A stretch of 64,000 bases of DNA from Bdellovibrionota bacterium (lineage in GTDB: Bacteria; Bdellovibrionota_C; UBA2361; OMII01). The translations under genes and the position numbers were made by a program. The stretch's first letter is position 1, and each line of letters opens with the position of its first letter. Below, piece after piece: positions 28,325 to 35,285 of this stretch. The notes below the pieces were generated by a model, which was not told the DNA's origin, did not search any database, and worked only from the letters and a program-made list of their open reading frames with translations. The DNA is taken from assembly GCA_044351795.1 (NCBI GenBank), contig JBILFA010000005.1, forward strand, positions 351 through 64,350, written 5' to 3'.

Positions 28325-29353
28325 ATGATCTCTCCCGAGCGCCTTTTTGAGGCGTGGTACGAGTTTAGGAAAGGGAAGGGGAACCGCTGCGACGTTCAAG
28401 AGTTTGGTCGGCACGCAGAAAAGCACATCTTTCGACTGCATCGTGACCTTGCTTCAGGAACGTATCGGCACTCTCCGTACGAGTCGTTCTTTGTGCACGA
28501 TCCAAAGAGGCGACACATCAGAAAAGCCTGTGTGCGCGATCGTCTCGTACACCATACGCTCCACATGACCCTACGCCACATCTATGAGCCACGGCTTTAT
28601 AGCGGTGTCTATTCCAATCGTATCGGCAAGGGTACTCACCGGGCGGTAAATGCGTTGCAGCGTGCAGTTTGGAAGGTGAGCAAAAACCTCACACACCCCT
28701 GCTGGGCGCTAAAATGCGATATCAAGCGCTTTTATGACTCAGTAGACCACGAGATCCTAAAAGAGACCCTGGCTAGGGTGATTCATGATGACCGAGCGCT
28801 TCTTCTCTTAGAGCACGTTATCGATAGCTTTCACGTAGAAGGTTCCGTTGGCAAAGGCGCTCCTATCGGAAACCTCACCTCTCAGATATTCACCAACATT
28901 TATCTAAATGATTTTGACCAGCACGTTAAACACGTGCTTCGAGTAAAGCACTATCTCCGGTTTGCTGACGATTGCCTCTTCATTGCCCCTCATCGACAGG
29001 AGTTAGAGGAGCTGCTACCGAAGATTGAAGAGTTTTTAGCCCTACGGCTGAAGCTTGCGCTTCACCCTGACAAGGTAAGCATACGGCCCCTAAATCACGG
29101 TATCGACTTCTTAGGTATCGTGGTGCATCCATTTCGCCGCACGCTCAGAACAACAACCAAGCGCAGGATGCTTCGAAAGTTGACCGAAAGGCACGGGGAG
29201 GCGTTTAGAGGAGAGATTGATTCAGACTCACTTCATCAGTCGCTTCAGTCGTATCTTGGGATTTTGTCACATGTTGATGGGCATGGGCTCTCCACACTTC
29301 TTAAAAACGGCTTCTTTCTGTTCTCTCCATACCGAGGTGGTATTGTCTCGTGA
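28325..29353 (+). CDS. DGR-type reverse transcriptase
   Basis: 342 aa from the ATG at 28325 (the listed ORF starts at TTG 28274). It has the IGNLTSQIFTNIYLNDFD motif characteristic of DGR RTs, an FADD catalytic box and N-terminal LFEAWYEFRKGK. Confidence 0.92.
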   Translation: MISPERLFEAWYEFRKGKGNRCDVQEFGRHAEKHIFRLHRDLASGTYRHSPYESFFVHDPKRRHIRKACVRDRLVHHTLHMTLRHIYEPRLYSGVYSNRIGKGTHRAVNALQRAVWKVSKNLTHPCWALKCDIKRFYDSVDHEILKETLARVIHDDRALLLLEHVIDSFHVEGSVGKGAPIGNLTSQIFTNIYLNDFDQHVKHVLRVKHYLRFADDCLFIAPHRQELEELLPKIEEFLALRLKLALHPDKVSIRPLNHGIDFLGIVVHPFRRTLRTTTKRRMLRKLTERHGEAFRGEIDSDSLHQSLQSYLGILSHVDGHGLSTLLKNGFFLFSPYRGGIVS

Positions 29354-29422
29354 AAACAATGGATTAGAGGAGATATGATTTGGCTTGCGGTGGTGTAGGT
29401 TTTAACCTACAATGAAAGATAC

Positions 29423-29770
29423 ATGGAAGTTCTCCGAAAAGCTTTAAAGATCTATCAGCGCGAAAACGGAGATCTCCCTTTCGTGAGATGGATGAGGGGG
29501 CTGCGAGATGTCCGAGGAAAGCAAGCGATCGAGGCACGGCTTGCTCGTGTTCGTTTGGGAAACCTTGGAGACCATCGCCCGGTCGGGGATGGTGTCACGG
29601 AGCTGCGGTTCTTTATTGGTCCAGGCTACCGTGTCTACATCGGCCTCGAAGGCGATACCGTTGTGATCCTCCTTTGTGGTGGTGATAAAGGCTCTCAGGA
29701 TGGCGACATCGAAACGGCGAAAGCATTTTGGAAAGATTACCAGAGGAGCAAAGCGTATGAAAACGGTTGA
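29423..29770 (+). CDS. Type II toxin, HigB/RelE-superfamily addiction-module killer protein
   Basis: 115 aa. RLGNLGDHRPVGDGVTELRFFIGPGYRVYIGLEGDTVVILLCGGDKGSQDGDIETAK matches the addiction-module killer family pattern. Confidence 0.85.
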   Translation: MEVLRKALKIYQRENGDLPFVRWMRGLRDVRGKQAIEARLARVRLGNLGDHRPVGDGVTELRFFIGPGYRVYIGLEGDTVVILLCGGDKGSQDGDIETAKAFWKDYQRSKAYENG

Positions 29771-30062
29771 TTACGATGAGTATCTAATCGCAGAACTTAA
29801 AGATCTTGAATATGCAGCCGGTTACTTAACGGCCTGCCTCGAAGAAGGTGCAGATGTGTTTCTGGAAGGAATTAGAAACGTCGCCCTAGCTCAAGGCGGG
29901 ATGAAGGCTCTCTCCGATGCCACTCGACTCAATCGTGAAAACCTCTATGACATGCTCTCAAAGGAGGGCAATCCACGTCTCTCAAGCCTCACTACGATTC
30001 TCTCTCAACTAGGTATGGAGGTATCGTTCAAGCCAAAGATGCAGGGAACGGATGCGGCTTGA
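29757..30062 (+). CDS. Type II antitoxin, HigA-family addiction-module antidote (HTH)
   Basis: 101 aa from the ATG at 29757, overlapping the toxin stop by 14 nt. YDEYLIAELKDLEYAAGYLTACLEEG...NRENLYDMLSKEGNPRLSSLTTILSQLGMEVSFKPK matches the antidote family. Confidence 0.85.
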   Translation: MKTVDYDEYLIAELKDLEYAAGYLTACLEEGADVFLEGIRNVALAQGGMKALSDATRLNRENLYDMLSKEGNPRLSSLTTILSQLGMEVSFKPKMQGTDAA

Positions 30063-30171
30063 ACAGGATAGTGGCGGTAGCTGTCGCCTGCTGTAGCGGT
30101 TTTCCTGAGCGCCTGTTGAGGTCTTGGATGGCTTCATTCAGTCTGATCGTATCTTAGAAGTAAGGCCTACC

Positions 30172-30630
30172 ATGAGTAACTTTGACGATTTCAAGGATAT
30201 GCCCGAAGATCGATTCAGCCGCTCCGCCATCCTGCTTCAAGTGATTGATGGGGACACGCTCGATGTTGAGCTCGATCTTGGATGGTCGATGAGGCTCAAG
30301 GAGCGGGTTCGTCTCGAGCGAGTCGATACCCCCGAAATAAAGCGAAAGGAAGAGTGCGATGCTGCTATCTGGGTAAAGGAAGAAGTAGAAAAATTACTCA
30401 AGCCAGGAGCACCTCTGGTCATCACCTCCATGGCTTACGACCGAACAGGTCAAGTGCGTGGAAAGTTTGGAAGAACGATGGCCGTCGTGTATCGGGCAGA
30501 AGATGGTCTTTGCATCAACAGGTATCTTATTGAACAAAAGATCGCCTGGATTACAAATGAACGTGGGAAACTCCTTCAAGACCGCGACCTGTCTCTACTT
30601 ATAGGGATACCACTAGCTCGTAGACCTTAG
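30172..30630 (+). CDS. Thermonuclease (SNase-like) family protein
   Basis: VIDGDTLDVELD...RVRLERVDTPE is the staphylococcal-nuclease-type motif. I prefer the ATG at 30172 over the listed TTG at 30124. Confidence 0.7.
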   Translation: MSNFDDFKDMPEDRFSRSAILLQVIDGDTLDVELDLGWSMRLKERVRLERVDTPEIKRKEECDAAIWVKEEVEKLLKPGAPLVITSMAYDRTGQVRGKFGRTMAVVYRAEDGLCINRYLIEQKIAWITNERGKLLQDRDLSLLIGIPLARRP

Positions 30631-30634
30631 GGGT

Positions 30635-31177
30635 TTACCAGCCTGTATACAGGGAAGGATCGTGAGGATGTGGGCGAAGAGGGAGCGTCTGCTGACAATA
30701 TTTCAGTACGTTTTTACTGAAAGCGATCGGCCTTGAATTCGCGGCCTTCCCTAGTTCCCTCGAGAGTTTTTCAAAAACAACCTCCTTGCAGTACTGGATG
30801 ATGGAAATGTCCGTATTCCCGGGGGGATTTGAGGCATCGAGCCCTTCTGGTGTATCCATCTTGATGCCGTGCCGTTTGATTGCTTTCTCAAGATCGTTTG
30901 ACAGCTTAGACATCTCGCCTTGAGTGATGCAGGGGTATTCCTGAATCGCTTTAATCCCCAGATGCGATTGAACCCCATTCTTGTAAGCCTTATCGATGGC
31001 ACGATCGATGGTTTTTACCCCGCTACAGCACTTCTGCTGCCCAACGAGGTTATCCGCAGAGATGTAGTCGCAGATCCGTCGCTCGTCCCAGGGGCTAGTC
31101 TGTGGAACGTAGTCCTGGCTGTGATCTGTGTACGGGACAGGCTGGGAAGTTTGGGCAGTGATGGCACTTGGCGTCAT
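30635..31177 (-). CDS. Hypothetical protein
   Basis: 180-aa ORF convergent with the nuclease gene, with no recognisable motif. Confidence 0.5.
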   Translation of the reverse strand: MTPSAITAQTSQPVPYTDHSQDYVPQTSPWDERRICDYISADNLVGQQKCCSGVKTIDRAIDKAYKNGVQSHLGIKAIQEYPCITQGEMSKLSNDLEKAIKRHGIKMDTPEGLDASNPPGNTDISIIQYCKEVVFEKLSRELGKAANSRPIAFSKNVLKYCQQTLPLRPHPHDPSLYTGW

Positions 31178-31440
31178 GGAATTATCTCCTCTTGTCTGAG
31201 TTAAGCTGATGGAGCGTCAAAGACACGCCCGGAACTGTCCCTGATAATCGGATACTAGAGCGAATAGTTTCGTGGTAATGGCCAGCTGTTATTCGCGTAC
31301 TAGCTGCGTAGTACAATGGCGGCGCTAGTTGAAACAGAATTGCTAATTCTGTTTCACATAACGCACTTTCCAAATCGTATCGGCGTATACGCGGGATCGA
31401 AAACCGCTCTAACAAATCGTATTCATTGATCCAGCAGTAA

Positions 31441-31575
31441 TGTTGCTGCGTCTGGCTCTCCCTCCCCGGAATTAAAATAATTTGATCCTTGGGTCTTGGT
31501 TTCTTGATCCCCTCTGAAGGAGGGGTTGGGTCCATTGATCATTGGTCCTTTGATCGAAAAATTTTCTACTTTAGC
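31441..31575 (+). repeat. Second copy of the VR-tail plus post-VR hairpin/TTGATC module, without an intact upstream ORF
   Basis: 31475-31575 is about 90% identical to 27126-27227. 31441-31474 is a diverged match to the last ~35 nt of the VR. The hairpin is kept with a C-G to U.G change. Confidence 0.85.
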
Positions 31576-31650
31576 TGTGAAGCTCGTTTAGCTCTCCTAC
31601 AGAGCTACCACATCCTAGCAGCGATATTCTTTTCCTCTGCTCCAACCCAG

Positions 31651-32022
31651 CTAGTTGTTTACATGCCGAAACTCGACCATATAGCTGCCTGGCTCTGGTG
31701 TGTAGTTGCGGAACTTACGACATCGCATCTTCCGAAGACATGTGGAGTTTGCCACGAGTATTGGTGGCGAGGTCGCCTCTGTTCGGCCGCTATACACCTG
31801 CACCTTAACTGAAGGGTCGTAGGCAGCTGGTATCTCGTAGTCATGTGGAAGTGGGATGGTGTACTTGTAGTGAAGTTTACAGTTGGGTTTTCTCCCCGTA
31901 GACCTCCCACAGAAGCCTTCATTGTGAACGTAGGAGATGTGGATGTAGCTACCGTCGTTAATAATATCTACTTTCGGCTTACGTTGCCGTACGGCTCTAC
32001 CAAGCCACCCATCGCGATTCAC
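31651..32022 (-). CDS. Hypothetical protein (possibly translationally coupled to purN)
   Basis: 123-aa ORF whose ATG overlaps the purN stop by 4 nt. It has no motif, and competing ORFs exist on the other strand. Confidence 0.35.
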   Translation of the reverse strand: MNRDGWLGRAVRQRKPKVDIINDGSYIHISYVHNEGFCGRSTGRKPNCKLHYKYTIPLPHDYEIPAAYDPSVKVQVYSGRTEATSPPILVANSTCLRKMRCRKFRNYTPEPGSYMVEFRHVNN

Positions 32023-32684
32023 GATCGAGGGCCCGTCAGCGATATTTTTTCCGTAGCTCGCTCCGATTTCTGCTCCGAGGTGGATACTCCCATAGTTTTT
32101 AAGCGCTGCATCTCCATCAAGGTTCTAACGAGAAACGGCGGCTCCTCGTTCTTTACCTTTTCTGCCAGCATGTCAGCGGTGTCGCTCGGGTCTACCGGAA
32201 TCCTCAAGCGAGCGACGATCGGACCTTCGTCGTAATTGCTATCAACCTGATGAATCGTAATTCCAGTCTCGACCTCTTTGGCTTCGATTACTGCCCTGTG
32301 AACATTCATCCCGTACATTCCCTGCCCACCGTATTGGGGTAGAAGGGCGGGATGAATGTTGAATATTCGACCAGAGTAGTGAGCGACTATCTCGGGCCCA
32401 AGTTTTTTCATGTACCCGGATAAAATGATCAGATCGACCCCCAGCTCTTGCAGTCGCTCGAGAATTCGCTCCTGTACGCCTGCTTCGCTGCCGCATATCT
32501 TTACGTTAATGACTTCGTAAGTAATTCCCGCGTCCTTGGCGAATGAAATAACGGCACTGTCTGGGTTATTCGAGATAATGATCGCGGGAGAGGCTTGTAA
32601 CTCATGGCCACAGGCGGCGATGACCCCCCGGGAGCCACTCCCGCCGTGGGAGGAGAAGAAGGCGATACGCGAAAAGCTAAGCAT
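32019..32684 (-). CDS. purN: Phosphoribosylglycinamide formyltransferase
   Basis: IAFFSSHGGSGSRGVI, NIHPALLPQYGG and ETGITIHQVDSNYDEGPI are PurN motifs. I prefer the start at M31 (32684), although the ORF is open to 32774. Confidence 0.88.
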   Translation of the reverse strand: MLSFSRIAFFSSHGGSGSRGVIAACGHELQASPAIIISNNPDSAVISFAKDAGITYEVINVKICGSEAGVQERILERLQELGVDLIILSGYMKKLGPEIVAHYSGRIFNIHPALLPQYGGQGMYGMNVHRAVIEAKEVETGITIHQVDSNYDEGPIVARLRIPVDPSDTADMLAEKVKNEEPPFLVRTLMEMQRLKTMGVSTSEQKSERATEKISLTGPRS

Positions 32685-32922
32685 GGGCACGGCAACAAAC
32701 TCGTCGATCGGTTGCCATCGCTGTGCCCCTGAGTGCGCTGAAGGCCCCGGGCGTTGTTCATTGCTCGCATTCATACGAACGACTTCCTAGCAGTAGTTTC
32801 CGGCGTAAAGGGCCTACATTATCGCATTTCACGCACGTGACCCCCTACACCGCGCTAAACTATAGCTAAACATACTTGGATAATAAAGGAGAGTCTCAAT
32901 AAGGCTACCTACCGCACCGTTG

Positions 32923-33861
32923 TCATCGCCATCGGCGCTGATCTGCCAGGACAGCGAGAGAGTTAGTACTTTCGACATCCAAAAGGTGCGCCGTTTCGTG
33001 CAGGGATAGGTACGGTGACGGTGCCTGAGCATGAGTATCAAAGCAAGCCGCTCTGCGGTGGGCGTTTACCAGTACGTTGAAGATAGCTTGTCTCTGAAGA
33101 GCTGAATCCTCGAGAAGTTCTGTGCAGTATTCCTGCATTGTAGCCGCCACATCAAGAAGGGTCTGAGCCGTATGCTTCCACGTTCTATGTGTACTGTCCT
33201 CGTAGTATCTCTTAGTCAGAATAGAGTCCGGCACGAATGAGAAGGGTCCTTTCAAGGCGAGCGCGAAAAGCCACGCTCGCTCGGAGTGTATCAAAGTTGG
33301 AGTTTTCTTGATTAAGAGATTCGACTTTCGAACCATCTTCGCTCGAACAACACCTTTGAACGAGCCTCCGTATCTTCCCATCCAAAATAGAGAGAGCGCG
33401 TCCTCCAGGTTCCACTGCGAAACACCCGGCATTTCGGTTGCATTGGAGTGATCCTTATCCGGGAGAGGACGGCCATGCAAGGTACACGCATGTACTACTC
33501 CGTACGCTAGAATTGCAGAGGTATCTCTGTCGAGTGCTTCCGTCAGTCGACGAGTCGATTCAGCTGTTGCAGTGTCATCGTGCGGTGTTATACGAAAGTA
33601 CTCCCCGCCGCATGCGGATACGAGAATATTGATGTTGTCGACCCAGTTCAGCTCGTCCTTCGCCTCGATGATTTTGACATTCCGCTCGCCACGATAGATC
33701 TCAGACAGAATAGTGGTGGTGTCATCGAGTAGATGACGATCTGATATGATAATCTCAGCATCGAGTTCGAGATGAGCATCGATATTGCCTCGAATGATCT
33801 CCAGAAAACGGCGTGAGCGGTAGAGAGGGATCAAGCAGGAAAGCTTCTTCATGTTCTTCAC
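32923..33861 (-). CDS. Glycosyltransferase family 2-like protein
   Basis: 312 aa with an N-terminal LSCLIPLYRS...IIISDRHLLDD GT-A-like fold signature. A 4-nt overlap links it to the upstream oxidoreductase gene. Confidence 0.7.
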   Translation of the reverse strand: MKNMKKLSCLIPLYRSRRFLEIIRGNIDAHLELDAEIIISDRHLLDDTTTILSEIYRGERNVKIIEAKDELNWVDNINILVSACGGEYFRITPHDDTATAESTRRLTEALDRDTSAILAYGVVHACTLHGRPLPDKDHSNATEMPGVSQWNLEDALSLFWMGRYGGSFKGVVRAKMVRKSNLLIKKTPTLIHSERAWLFALALKGPFSFVPDSILTKRYYEDSTHRTWKHTAQTLLDVAATMQEYCTELLEDSALQRQAIFNVLVNAHRRAACFDTHAQAPSPYLSLHETAHLLDVESTNSLAVLADQRRWR

Positions 33862-35099
33862 TGAAGATAGTCTACGACGAGATCCGCTGTTTGAAGGCCG
33901 AAGAAGGGGGCCATGCAGTATTTGCCGGTGTCCACCGATATCCAGTTGTCATGAACCGAAGGCCCAATCTGATATCTCTGATGCAACCCGCTATCGATAT
34001 CGGTGATATCGCTACTTCCCCAGGCGAAGATAACGCCTCCGCCAACTTCGACAGAATCATTACCAGCTCGGAGCTTTTCAAGGCACGGCACGTAGCGCGA
34101 CAGCGCCGCTAGGCTCTCATGTACCAACAAATCGAAGTTAATACCGCTTGCCGTCTCGTAAAGCAGATCGCAGTTGCTTGTCGGTGTTTCGCCTAGCTTG
34201 CATATCGGATACCAGGATAGGTAAACTTTTCCGTTGCCGTGGTTGACCAGATCTCCATACGGGCCAAGAACGAGCGTAGTGGAGGGAAGGCGGCGCAAAA
34301 GTTGGTCCTCTGGGTGTCTCCGCAGGGTAATCGCAGCCTTGTAGCGCATAAGCCACGGTCGAGTAGGGGTTATACCGACACATGCGTCGATCTTAATTCT
34401 GTCGTTCCAGAGACAGTTGACTATAAAAGGGTACTTACGAACTGCGTGCTCATCGCCGGAGCGACTGGAGATCGCATAATTACCTCCTACTGTTCTCTCT
34501 GCTCCAACAACAGAGGTACGAGTGTGTACCAGAATGTTCGGGTGAGCGCGAACGCACGCCCCAACCAGCTGCGCCACTTGTGCGGTGTCCAGGGAATACT
34601 CGCCTGTCTGAAAACCAGCTACGACCACGTCGGGACTAAAGTGCTCTCCGAGTTGCTGAGCAGATAGCGGGACAACGGGAGCAATGGCCTTAAGCTCTTT
34701 GAGCTCTGGTCGTTCCCGATAGATGGCGCTGATAGCTTTATCAACTGCGCCGAAATGTCGTGAGACTGTCTCGGTGTCAAGAAGTGAATCGGCCGGAATG
34801 GCGTACATGAAAGGGTGGGATCTCGTGAATAGTTCACAGGGGGTTCCTGTGAGGCTCTCCAGGATGGACAGGAAACTGAGCGAGCCCAGAGCTAACAATG
34901 CGTGAGTCTGGGAATCAGGATCGGCTGCGTACACATACCCCAGATGCAGCTTTCCTTCGTTGTGCAGACTTGCGCCCTGCAGTAACTGAGAACTCCCTTC
35001 GAAGAGATCAACTTGAATGCCCCTCCTAGCGAGCGCCAATGCGGTACAGCATCCGGCAAGGCCGCCACCCAAAATACATACTCTCGCAGGAGTAACCAT
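33858..35099 (-). CDS. FAD-dependent oxidoreductase
   Basis: 413 aa with an N-terminal dinucleotide-binding motif (VCILGGGLAGCCTALALARRG). Confidence 0.85.
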   Translation of the reverse strand: MVTPARVCILGGGLAGCCTALALARRGIQVDLFEGSSQLLQGASLHNEGKLHLGYVYAADPDSQTHALLALGSLSFLSILESLTGTPCELFTRSHPFMYAIPADSLLDTETVSRHFGAVDKAISAIYRERPELKELKAIAPVVPLSAQQLGEHFSPDVVVAGFQTGEYSLDTAQVAQLVGACVRAHPNILVHTRTSVVGAERTVGGNYAISSRSGDEHAVRKYPFIVNCLWNDRIKIDACVGITPTRPWLMRYKAAITLRRHPEDQLLRRLPSTTLVLGPYGDLVNHGNGKVYLSWYPICKLGETPTSNCDLLYETASGINFDLLVHESLAALSRYVPCLEKLRAGNDSVEVGGGVIFAWGSSDITDIDSGLHQRYQIGPSVHDNWISVDTGKYCMAPFFGLQTADLVVDYLQ

Positions 35100-35285
35100 A
35101 GCTCCTAAACCTATAAATTATCGCGAGGAATCTACGTTCCTCGATGATTTCAATACTCAGTACGCTACATCAGTAATAAGAGCTGTATCCTACCGCACTA
35201 CCTTTTTGTTCAGAAAGCCCTTCGTCGCCCGTTACCTCTCACCTCGGCATCTCTACTTGCTGCTCCTGTGGTCACTATGCTGACA

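Noticed and set aside
31182-31535. 117-aa minus-strand ORF
   Set aside because: It spans the post-VR repeat module and the palindrome region. It has no motif and probably exists only because this stretch lacks stops on that strand.
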